Assembly (NCBI GenBank): GCA_016748015.1
Contig: JAAOMT010000777.1
Coordinates: forward strand, 314,347-378,346
From: Geosiphon pyriformis uo1
Taxonomy: Eukaryota; Fungi; Glomeromycota
DNA: 64,000 nucleotides
Reading direction: 5' to 3'
Shown here: one piece after another, positions 25,446 through 37,400 of the stretch
Layout of the letters: every line of letters begins with the position of its first letter
How positions within the stretch are numbered: position 1 is the stretch's first letter
The notes under the pieces: generated by a model
The model's database searches: none
Seen by the model: the letters and a program-made list of their open reading frames with translations, nothing else
What the model was told of the DNA's origin: nothing
Position numbers and translations under genes: made by a program

Positions 25446-26231
25446 CTTTTTTCTTTTTCTTTTTCTTTTTCTTTTTTCTTTTTTCTTTCCTTTTTTTTTT
25501 AGGAAATTATGTTTTTTTTAATTTTCTTTTTTGAAACGGAAAATTAAAAAATTTTAATACAAAACTTTTAATTACAAAAAATAAATTCCTTAATAATATT
25601 AAATGCGGGAAAAAGTATCTACCGCGATCTATATAGAATATGTATCATGTTAATCGGTTAATTAGAATATTATTAAATTTGATTAAAGACATTATGCATA
25701 CAAACCCCTACCCTTTTTTACCAAATGATTTATCAAATACTTTAAAAGTAAAAAATCAAAAAATAACCTTGGAAAAATCATAAGTGAGTTACTATGATCT
25801 GTGGATCATGTTACAAGTCCTGCAATCAGAAAGTCATAGTTGTTGTCGAAACCAAATACCAATATTTTGTATTTATTTCAAAGTGAACACCTTATTATCA
25901 AGGAATAGAGTCCTTCGCTCACGCGTTCAAATCTCAAATCCTGAGGTTTTCCCTATCAAAGATCACAAAATTTTCGCATTAATGAATCAGATGTTCCCAG
26001 ACTTTTTTGTTATTAAGGAGTGACCGTGCGATTCGACCTGTATATAAAGATTTAGGATTTTAAAAAAAAAACAACAACAACAACAACAAAAAAACTTTTC
26101 TTAATTCTTTACCTTCACTCCTTCAAATTGCCAGGCTGCAATCTATCAGGAAAGCTATTGAAGAGCTTCTTAATAATCAATATTGAAAAACAAAATTCAT
26201 TATCACTTCTTAAACTCGAACCAATTTCAAA

Positions 26232-27173
26232 ATGAGACAAGGCTTAATTCTTGTATTCTTCCTTATGACATTTGCTTTGACAGCTCTCGCGTTGCCTAAT
26301 ACACAGAGAAAGCATAGGAAACACAGATTTGGAAACAAGAAACAGGTGCAAAACACTTCACCAGCTACCTTAACCAAGAGTGCAGCATCCCCAATCTTAA
26401 CCAAGAGTGCAGCATCCCCAATCTTAACCAAGAGTGCAGCATCCCCAATCTTAACCAAGAGTGCAGCATCCCCAATCTTAACCAAGAGTGTAACATCCCC
26501 AATCTTAACCAAGAGTGTAACAAGTACTTCATCAAGAGTAACTTCCCAAGCTTCACCAGCACCAACTCAAACTCAAACTCAAACTCCCCCAATTAATAAT
26601 AATAATAATAATAATAATAACGATTTCCTTTCTGGAGGTCCCAGTGGGAAAGTCTGTGACGTCTCAAAACTTCCTGCAACAAATGGCGAGCAAAAAACTG
26701 GCGGTTCATGTTCAAATACTCAATTGGGTGAAATTCCTTCTGTTGATAAAATGGTTTCCTCGCTAATCACCTCCCCTGGAAATGGGGCTACTTTGAGCGC
26801 CAATAAACCATTCACTGTTACTGTTGTCACCTCTAATTTGATAACTGGAAACTTTGATGATCCTAATAAAGAATATTATTTATTCTCCCAACAACTTAAC
26901 AAAGACGGTTTCGTTAAAGGACATCAACATGTTACCGTTCAGGAATTGAGTTCTAATGGCCGACCACCATCCGCGAAAGAAGTTAAGTTTTTCAAAGGTT
27001 TGAATAATCCTGCGAATAACAATGGTGAACTTAGTGTTGTGGTCGATACTCCTTTGGGTCCTGGAACATATAGAATTTGTACAATGTCTAGTTCATTTGG
27101 GCATCAACCTCTTCTAATGACGGTTGCTAGACGTGGTGCTCAAGATGATTGTATTCGTGTCACCATGAAGTGA
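26232..27173 (+). CDS. Secreted protein: signal peptide, basic RKHRKHR segment, (LTKSAASPI)n Ser/Thr repeat stalk, and a Cys/His-containing C-terminal domain of a conserved uncharacterised fungal family
   Basis: Intronless 313-aa ORF with 27-bp tandem repeats at ~26370-26520. The C-terminal motifs TNGEQ..GSCS, GHQHVTVQ, FFKG, GTYRICTM and HQPLLM..ARRGAQDDC resemble a widespread fungal secreted family (recognised from memory). Confidence 0.8.
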   Translation: MRQGLILVFFLMTFALTALALPNTQRKHRKHRFGNKKQVQNTSPATLTKSAASPILTKSAASPILTKSAASPILTKSAASPILTKSVTSPILTKSVTSTSSRVTSQASPAPTQTQTQTPPINNNNNNNNNDFLSGGPSGKVCDVSKLPATNGEQKTGGSCSNTQLGEIPSVDKMVSSLITSPGNGATLSANKPFTVTVVTSNLITGNFDDPNKEYYLFSQQLNKDGFVKGHQHVTVQELSSNGRPPSAKEVKFFKGLNNPANNNGELSVVVDTPLGPGTYRICTMSSSFGHQPLLMTVARRGAQDDCIRVTMK

Positions 27174-28148
27174 TTTAAAAAAGTGTAAAGATTTTTTTTT
27201 GGTTTGAATTTCTCTCTGCTTTCCTTTTACAGGGATATCGGGAAGTAAAGGTTAAAACCAAGTTCATAGATTTGATAAAGCTCTCAAAAATTTCTTTTTA
27301 CATTAGTAAATAAATTTTTATTTAATGCTGGTAAAAATAAAGCTACGCCCAGTCGCGTAATGAATTTTTTTATTAAAGAATTTCTTTGGGATATTCGAGG
27401 AATTATACGTAATAGATATTAATTTAGCATATTAATATCAATATTTATTTCAATAATGAAAATTTGAGAATGTATAAAAAATATTATCAAACAGGAAAAA
27501 AAAAGGTACATTTTTAAAATCTTTGAGTGAAACGCGTATAACTGAAACCTATTAAAAAAAGGGAGATCAAACAAAGAAATTGAATACACATTGAAATGAA
27601 ATGAAAATAAATAAATGAAATCAAATGAAAAAAGAATAAATTTATTAAAATGAATCATTAGAATATTTTAAGAACAAATTAGTATTATCAACGGGATGAT
27701 GCATAAAATGGTTTTGATTCGGAATGATTCGATTACGTCAGAAGTCTCTAAACCTTTGAATGATATCTCAAAAGAATGAGGTATTAATGACATATGTCAA
27801 GAGAAAAGTGACATTTCGATTTCTTCTTTTCTTGGATAAATGATTTCTTAAATAAAAATTGAATTTGCTTGAAATTGAAGCAGCTATTATAGTTAACCCG
27901 CCAATCAGAATAAATTTGAGTGAAAAAGATTGTGAGAAAAAAAAAAAAAAGTAATGACCAAAAAACAGAGCAAAAATGCGGTAAATAGATATACAAGAAA
28001 GTAGTCTTTTTCATTTTACTTTTGAATTGATTTCAAAAATTAATTCAACTATTCAAAAATATATATATATAAAATTACCCTTTTATTGCAGAATATAAAA
28101 TTATATTATTACAATTTTTTAAATAAAAATATATTTGTGAATAAAAAT

Positions 28149-28930
28149 CTAATTAAAAAGAAAAGTAGTAGCAGCCTCATTATCATAAGTATTCGCCGTT
28201 TGAGCTGCATTTGCCGCTTCAATTTCTAATTGATTTGTGTTGGCGGCTTCATTGGATGCAATTGTTTCTTGTGGAGAATTTAGAAGGATGACTGGTTTAT
28301 ATCCTGTAAGAAAATTGCGTTTATTTAACAAGTAAAGTTGATGCAGCCTCATTATCATAGGTATTTGCAGTTTGAGCTGCATTAGCTGCTTCGATCTCGA
28401 GTTGATTTGTGTTGGTTGCTTCATTGGATGCAATGGTTTCATGGGCATTATTAAGAAGAATGACTGGCTTATATCCTGTAAGAAAATTGCGTTTATTTAA
28501 CAAGTAAAGTTGATGCAGCCTCATTATCATAGGTATTTGCAGTTTGAGCTGCATTAGCTGCTTCGATCTCGAGTTGATTTGTGTTGGTTGCTTCATTGGA
28601 TGCAATGGTTTCATGGGCATTATTAAGAAGAATGACTGGCTTATATCCTGTAAGAAAATTGCGTTTGTTAACAAGTAAAGTTGATGCAGCCTCATTATCA
28701 TATGTATTTGCAGTTTGAGCCGCATTAGCTGCTTCGATCTCGAGTTGATTGGTATTGGCGGCTTCATTGGATGCAATAGTTTCTTGAGCGGTATTAAGGA
28801 CAATTACCGGCTTGAAACCTGGCACGAAATTACGCGTTTGAATAGGAGTTGCAGACGCGTAAAAGTTTTGGATGATAAGGGACGAAAGAGCAATAAGAGT
28901 GAGCAAAATTTTAACTTCACTGTTCATCAT
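28149..28930 (-). pseudogene. Third, diverged KEP-like copy: intact 145-aa two-repeat ORF (28493-28930) followed by two out-of-frame repeats
   Basis: Same signal peptide and repeats. GTT AAC AAA CGC is altered to GTT AAA TAA ACG C (+1 nt, stop) at two successive Kex2 junctions (~28493 and ~28321). Confidence 0.8.
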
Positions 28931-29254
28931 TATTTACTTTTGAATTGTGAAAATTCTTATTTTTTAATAGAAAGTAAAATACTTTTAAAATTTATAAATA
29001 ACAAATTTAAATAATGCAATCACTTTGGCATTTTTTCTCCTGCTCATGTGCTTTTGATTATTACCCAAAGCTATAATCTTTTAAGATTTTTTTTTCGATG
29101 AGAATTATGCTATTATAACGATTTCATTATTTTATGCTATCTCCCTCCCTCCCTGAAAAAAAAAATTTATAAAGAAGAATCTTCTTATTTCTAGTATTTA
29201 ATATTAAAAAAGTCTTTTAAAAAAATAATTTTAACATTAAAAGTTTATTTCAAG

Positions 29255-29617
29255 ATGCCCTCTTTCAAAATTGTTTTTACTACGTTCTTTGGAATTCTCC
29301 TTGCTATCCAAATCCAATCAGCTCCAATTATTAATGATTCAAACTCCCATTTGAGCTTTTATAAAAGGGAACCCTTTGATGGGATTATCAATAAAGCCCC
29401 GATTGCTACTGCTTTGCCTGCCATGGCAGCTGTGAAGATTGGAACCATAGCTCCAGTTGGTTTAGGTCCTCTCAATCCTATTACCCCGATTAAAAATATT
29501 GTAACCCCACTTGCCGTTGGATATGATGGAATTATTGGAACCCCTCTTCAAAGTAATTTGTATGCTTCAATTGACGGTTATCTCGGCCGTGGTATTGGAT
29601 ATGGTAATTTCGGTTAA
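29255..29617 (+). CDS. Small secreted protein (120 aa) with signal peptide, pro-region and KR site; Gly/Pro/Ile-rich mature part
   Basis: MPSFKIVFTTFFGILLAIQIQS-AP signal-like N-terminus; dibasic SFYKR|EP; GC content higher than the flanks; divergent from the third KEP copy. Confidence 0.7.
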   Translation: MPSFKIVFTTFFGILLAIQIQSAPIINDSNSHLSFYKREPFDGIINKAPIATALPAMAAVKIGTIAPVGLGPLNPITPIKNIVTPLAVGYDGIIGTPLQSNLYASIDGYLGRGIGYGNFG

Positions 29618-30188
29618 GGCACTGGGTATATGATAAGACTATCCTCATTCCGGGGTTATGATAGACTTTACTAAAGGTTTACATAGAGTAAAAAGAACTA
29701 AATACTTTAATACTATTGTTACTATTTTCTCTTAGATTAAAATAATACTTTAATCAAAATTAAAATATTTGACCAAAAATAATTCCCACAAAAAATAAAA
29801 CTGAAAATCTTTTAATGAAAGTTTTTTGATTACTAATTAGTTTGTTCATTCTTTGCTAAAAAATAAACTTTTTCTTCCAATACAATACATTAATCTAAAT
29901 TAAAAAAGTATCAATTACTTAGTATTTTGACTAATGTTATATTATATATTCTTAATTTTAATAATATTAATATTAATTTCATAAAAATTGGTAATTAATT
30001 AGTTATTTATGTTTTTAATACAAATAAATAAACAATTTTTTAGTCAATTTAAACAACATATAAAATAATAAGTAAACTTTTTTAATGTTATAATAAACAA
30101 AAATTAATTAGTATTTTTTAAATTTAAGAAATAGTTTTAAAACATTAACATTTAAAAAATTTAGTTTTTATATTTAAATTATTAATTA

Positions 30189-30227
<39 letters not shown>

Positions 30228-31418
30228 GTTTAATAAAATTATTAAAAAAATTTTATTGTTTTAAAATTCATGTACAAAATTTGGTTTATATAAAAAATAA
30301 TTATATTATTCAAATCATAAAAAAAAATCCAAAAAAAATATAAAATTTTTTTTTATTCGGTTTTTTTTTTAAAAATATTTTTTTGTTTGTAAAATTAAAT
30401 ATTAATTTAAAACATGTAAATATATATACAAATTAAGAAATAATTATTAAAAACTTTTTATTTAATACTTTTAAAGTAATTATAAAATTGGTTTTTTTTT
30501 AAGTTTAATAAAATAATATCAATTAAATTATAACTTATTAATTTATAATAAAATTTGCTAATTATAAAATTATTAAACCAATAGTTTTTGAATAATTGAG
30601 TTTTTATTAAAAAAAATTAATATATATAATAAATATAATTATATATAATTTTTTTGTTTTTTTAATATTATATAAAAAAAAAAACTTGTATTATTAATTA
30701 AAATTTTATTATATATATTTGAATTAAATGTATAATAATTTGTTTTAATTATAAAAAAAACTTTGAAAAATATTTTTAAAACAATTTTATAATTTAAAAC
30801 AATTTTGTCTTATTATATTATTGTAAAATATAATTTTGTTAAAAATATTATGTTTTATTTTTTTAATACTGCTTTTAAAAAATATTAAATTAAAATACAA
30901 TTCTGTTGGTTTTAAAAAATAAATAAATAAATAAGTTAATAAAAAAACTATATTAATAGTTTTTTAATTTTATTTTAAATATAAATTATTACCTTTTTTT
31001 TTTATATATTTTAAATTCTTCAAAGAAAATTTTTTCAAAAAAAAGTTTTTTTATTTTTCCTAGTTATATTTTTTTAATATTTTTTAAGTTAATAATTCTT
31101 TTGTAATAAACTTAAATACTATTTTAAATAACAATATGTTTAAAAAAAAGATGTTCAAAGAAGCTCTTTATAGTTCTGTTAGTAGTATTTTCTCTTAGAA
31201 AAAGAAAGTTTTTGTGGACAATATTAAATACTTTGGTGATAAAAAAAAATTTTTTTGGTCAAACTTAGTCTTAATAATAATATATATTTAGATATAGATA
31301 GTAAGTTTAATAACAATAAAATTAATGATACTATAATAGAATCTGATAGTAGTTTTTTTCTTGGTTTAGTTGCAACAATTCTTAAAGCTAAGAGATTTAA
31401 TATTGGTTTAAATAATAG

Positions 31419-34400
31419 AAAAAAAATCTTTCTCTTGTTGATCCCCTAGTTATAACGAGAGATAAAATATACTGAAGAAATAATTTTCAATTATTCCTTT
31501 TTCCCTTTATTTTCACAGTTATTTCTTTCAACATATCTTTGTTTATGAGTATAGATCTAGTAGGCTTTTCTACTGATAAGTTGGTGTTACTCATAGAAAT
31601 ATAGGAAATATATTAGCATAATTATTAGCCAATCAGAAGTAAGTGTAGTAAATGTGGAATTCCAGAATTCCTCTCAGGAATTGCAAGATTCCAGGAATTT
31701 CAGGATTCCCAACAAAGAATTGCAGGATTCCAGAATTCCAGGATTCCTCTCAAAAGAATTGCAGAATTCCTGTTGTAAAGAATCGAGGAATTGAGGAATC
31801 CCAATTATGTATATATAGCAGTAGTGTTAGAAACAGAAAAGACAGAATCAATACCACAGAATCCTTAGCCAAGAAACCAATCATCAAATAAATAATTATT
31901 CTATATCTCAATCTACTATTTACTATTAACACTTCATGTTGATAGTAATTGCTACTTAATCACGCTGGAACAATAGCTCTTGATCACAGCTATTGATAAG
32001 ATACTAATGGACCAAATTGCCTTGGCTTATTTTCTTCATTTTCTTTATTTTTATTTTCTTTATTTTATTTCCTTTCTTTCTTTGATTTTGTTGTTGTATA
32101 CTAATTGATTAAAAAATTAAGCACTGAGTTATTGACGTCAAGGATAGCCTGGTAAAAGACCCAGAAATAAGGGTAGGATTTTATATATATTATCGGATAG
32201 CTTACCAGAAGGACATGACTGCCAGACTAAATCTGGCCACTATGCTGAGAAAGAAATTGAGAAAACCACTTGAGGATACAACCACTATCAACCTTATTGA
32301 ATCTCTGTCCATTATACAAAGAACTCCACAACAAAAACCTTCAGATCAAACAAAACCTTCAGATCACTATCAACTGCAATTAGCTTTGAGCACCAAGTTA
32401 AGAGTTTGTGATTTAATTCAACAGCAGAAATAATCACCTGTAACATTGGTGTCTGTTCTGGCTGGGTTGAGGATCTGGTCTGATGTCAAAACCAAACAGT
32501 TGGTGAGCACTCACTTGTGCAGTGCTTCTTACAAAAAACCCAAAAAACCTACTATCATGAACAATATGGTCAAGATATTAGCTGGCTCTCTATTTCTTGT
32601 GAATATAGTTATTAATGGTGACAAACCTGCAAGGTTCTGAGGCAGTAAAGTAAACAGCGAGACAAGTAGCATTAGCAGTATATTAAACTTGGAGAACATA
32701 AAGAATACAGTTGCAGAAGAAACCAGTTATGCAAATTCAAATACCTTGAAAGTCTATAATGCTATGAATGATGCAACACCCAAGAAAATTTGTACCAGGA
32801 CATATGTTATGAGCAGCAAGCCAAAGACTATTTCTTTCAACAACTTGAGCGATAACAATAATGATATTTTGATACTTCCAGTTCCTAAATTTTTCTGGTG
32901 CTAAGCATTTGCTATCTGTTGGGTTATATGTTATAAATAGGCAAAATTTTGAGCCAGTCAAATTTTTTGTATTAGATATTGAGCTATTTGCTGTGTTAGA
33001 CAAAACTAATAGTAATAAGTTAATTGTTATCAAAAAAATTTTTTATCGAATTGATGGTTTTGGAGGGACATCCATTTTTTCAAAATTTTCTAGAATCATT
33101 AGATCTTCATTTACATCTGAATTTAGTTTGTATAAGGCCAAAGAATTGGCAATCTGTGAGAAAATTATTATTAATAATGATTTAAGAAAAGTAAATAACT
33201 ATTCAGATCAGAAGGTGATTGTCAAGGAGATTCCAGTTGATCTTTCCAAATCAGCTATAGAATCTGTTTTTTCTAAGTTTGGCAAGATTGTGTCAATCAA
33301 GATGCAGCTGATTGGTCTATGGCAAAAAGCTTTGGTAGAGTTTGAGTCTTCTGAAATAGCTGGTTTGGTTGTAGCTAAATGGTCTGTTCTTATGAGAAAA
33401 AATTCTGTTTGTGTGGCAAAAGCTGTTAATAATAAACAATTATGGGTTTCCAGAGATTTGCATCAGACATTGTTTTATATCCTTCCAATTGGTACTATGG
33501 CTCATGATCTTTCAGATTTGTTGGAATTATATGGTAGGAAAACTTGCTTTATTGGCTGTAATCCCAGCTCTTATGTGTATGATAGATGTGCAATTGTGTG
33601 TTTTGCTGATGAGGCATCCAAATTGACTGCTATTGGTTCTATTTCAGTGTTTAAAAGTGTGAATTTGCAATGGGCTGGTCTTTCTCTGGCTTGTTGCACC
33701 AAATATAAACAATTTGGTCATATCTCTAATATGTGTTCAGTTGGTGGAAATTCTAGTGTTTGTGGGAAGTGGATGGTAACTGATCAAAATTGGGTCTACT
33801 TGGCTGGTATTTATAAGAAGAAACAGGCCCCTATTGTCCGTTCAGTTTCTTTTGGTAACAAAACTTGGGCTCAAGTAGCTGGTGGTTTCTCTTCTCATGT
33901 GGCTCTTTTGGTTCTTTTTAGTACTGGTCTGTTCCTTGTTGCTGAGACATCTATATTTGCTTCTGCTTCCCCTAGTGACCATGGCTTTTATGGTTATCTA
34001 GTATCTTTGGAATGCTCTCTTGAACTTTTGGCTAACCAGGTCTCTGGTATTTTGAAGAAATTGGGTTCTATAGAATTGGTGTTCCCAGTGGTCACACCTG
34101 TTGTTTTTTCTCTGGTGGTTTCTGTGTTTGTGGTCTCTAGTTTGGATATAAATATGGTTTTAGATAGTGTTTTAGTGATTTCTGTTCCTTCTTCTTAGGT
34201 CATTGATAATACAACTACTGGCTTGAGTTTGAGCAGTTCTAAGGTTTTGACCATCAAGGTCAGTGGTTTGGAATCCAAGATAATGGCTTTGGAAGTATCA
34301 GTTGAGTCTATTTTGGATAAATTAAACTGTTTGTGTTCAGGTTTGAGTACATCGGCTCTCTTTACTTTTCAATGAGTGTGTTAGTTTGGAAGATTACTAT

Positions 34401-37400
34401 GTGCAATGTTAGGGGCATAAACAATCCTGCAAAACAGGATGATATAATTCATTGGCATAAGGAACAGAACAATTTAATTACTGTTGTTACTGAGACTAAG
34501 TTAAAGGATAAAATTTGCCCATGGATTATGAATAAGTTTAATGGTATTTGGATTTTCACTTCTGGTCTGAACTCTAGCTATTTGGGTTCTGGTGTTGTGA
34601 TTATCATAAATGTTTCTTTGACAAAACATGTGTGTAAAATTTCCAAGGTTCCTGATTGGTTCATCTCTCTTAAGTTACTCTTCAAAAATAAACTTTCTGT
34701 TTCAATTCTGGGGCTCTATGCTGGTGCTTTTTTGGTGGCTTGGTTTTCTCAAGCTGGTAATATTAATTCTATAATTGCTAAAGCCATAAATGAGTCCTCT
34801 TTTGTAATTCTAGGTGGTGACTTCAATGAAAATAGCTCTCATAAGTGTGTCAGTTTTAAAAAGTGTCTGAATCTTGGTTTGGTCAATTCCTTAAGTAGAT
34901 GTTTTTATGTAAAAATACCAACATGGGCTAACTCTCATGGTGTGGCTAAGACAATTAATTTTTTGTTTATCTCTTTAAACTTGGTTAATGCTGTGGTGGG
35001 TCAAAATGTGTTTGACATTGGAGAATTTTTTGATACTGACCATCAGACTGTGTCTATGTCTGTGGGTTTGGGTGGACTTTTGAATATATGGCTAAACTCT
35101 TTTTGCAAGCAAGTGAATAAAGATTGTTGGAAGTTTGATTTCAAGGGTGCTGATAAAGCTAAATGGAAAGATTTTGGTAATGCTACATTGGCCAATGCAT
35201 TGATGTTCTCGGATGAGTTTGCCATAGCTGTAAGGTTTTTGGATCTGAATGTAATATGAGATGTTGTTCACAAGATAATAGTTCTTTTGGCTAATAAGGT
35301 GTTTAAGAAGAGATGATTTAAGGGCTTTAATAATGTTTTTACCAAGGAGTCTTCAAGGTATTACAAATTAGAACTTTTGGTTTCTAAAATTATTAAGGCT
35401 TTGTATGAGGAAAATGTTGTGAATTTTGATTCTCTTATAAAGTGCTAAGTTTCTTTAGACAATGTTAATACTTCAGTCATTCAAGATATTGTGAATTCTG
35501 GTGCAGGCTCTGGTCACATTTGTTCTGCTTTTTGTGGTGCTAAAAAGGCTTATTGCACATCCAAACTTGCCAAATCTTTGAGGGCTAAGAAGGTAACCAT
35601 CAGAGCTGCTATAGATAAGAAAATAGAGAGCTTTGAGGTAAATAAGAGTCATATAATTAGGAGTGTGCTGGAGCACCCATTTCACAAAGTGGTTCTCAAT
35701 CATCTAGTTGTTGATGATGAACTTATTCTGGAACCCGATTTGGTTAAATCTAAGGTGGACATTATTATGGAGGGTTGGACTAGAAAGCATTACATGGTTG
35801 ATGATGTTTTTGGTGATTGGTGTTGTTAATATCAACCTTTAGAGTATGTTTTTAATAAAGCTTTTTCTAATGTTATGTGTTCAATTGAGTTTGATAAATT
35901 GTTTGGGGTGATTTTTTCTCTGCTTAATGGCAAAGCTGCTGGTCTCTCAGGCATATTGAATGAGCTTTGGAAACATTGTGATAGAGCAGTTTTGGATATG
36001 TTTTTGGTGCTTTTGAACTCTTGTTTGTCTGGTGAATCTGTGCCTGATTCTTAGAAGGAAGCTTGGGTCTTAATAATTCCCAAACCATATGATTGGGAGA
36101 GTGTTCTTATGAATACTTGACCTATCACTTTAATCGAGACGGCTCATAAAATTCTCTCCAAAATTCTCTCTGATAGGATTTTTTTGGCATGCAGCACTTT
36201 TGACATTCTTCATGGGAACTATTTTTTGGTTCTAAAAGGTACAACAATTCAGTCTCCCATTTTTGCTATTGGCTTGATTATTAAGGATGCTTTGGAAAAG
36301 AATCAGGAACTTTAAATGGTTTTACAGAATATAAGGAAGGTATACAATTTGGTTGGCTGGAAGCATCTCAAAAAGAGTTTAGTTAGGATTAAGATGTATA
36401 GCAAGTTCATTTGTTTTTTCAGCAGTATTCACAAAAGTCATACCAATTGTATTATGACAGATTTTGATTTAACAGATGGTTATTAGGTACATGATAATTT
36501 AGACCAGAGAAAGATATTTTCTCCCCTTCTGTGGCACATATTTTATGATTCGCTGTTATGTAAAATCAAGCGTCAGGAGAGTGTATGTAGATATAGATTG
36601 AATTCTTATTTTGTTTCCAAAAATAGAAGTGCCAAATCTCAGGCTGAACTTTTTTTTTTTTTGCTGCTGGCATTTTTGTTGATGATACTATTTGGGTTGG
36701 TAGCAGTTAGAGTGCTACTCAACATATTCTTGATGTTGCTGGTGAATTTTTTCAGATAAATAACATTTCTATTAATAATAATAAGACAGTGGTCATTCCT
36801 ATCAATAGCAGAGTTGACAATCCTTCTTTGTATATCAATAGCTCACCAATATCTATTGCCAAAAAGAGTGAACCTTATCAGTATTTAGGTGTTTTTCTTT
36901 TAACTGAGGGTTTCTCAAAGCCTAGTCTGGCTAAGGCGAATTTGGACATTCATTTTTTCACCAATCTGATTCTGTGGAAGGTTGTCTCAGATAAACAGCT
37001 CTTATATCTGGTGTTGGTGGTTTTCCATCCTATTGTTAGTTATAGAATGCAGTTTAGCTTTGTTCCTGTTGGAGTGTGCAACAAATAGGATGCTTTTATT
37101 CACAAAGACTTAAAGCTTAAATCTGGTCTACCACTTGATTTTCCTAGTGATACAATTCACAATCTTTTTTTTTATGGTTTGAAACCTTTCTTCCAAGTTC
37201 AGTCTGAAAGTAAAGTTGCTTCCCTTGTTAGTTTTGCAAACTCTGATAGTGTTGTGAGTCACTTGTTTTTTCACAGGTCCCATGACCTGCAAGTTTTGTG
37301 TTAGAATTCTGTCCATCTACTGAGTTCTCCTATCTGTATTCATGTTAGTGCTTCTAATAATTTCTTGGCAGGCATGATTCGTGTTCTTCTTGATTACAAT

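Noticed and set aside
32215-32433. Recurrent ORF TARLNLAT..RKKL..PLEDTTT in all three LTRs
   Set aside because: The recurrence reflects LTR homology; start codons and 3' ends differ between copies and there is no evidence of coding constraint.
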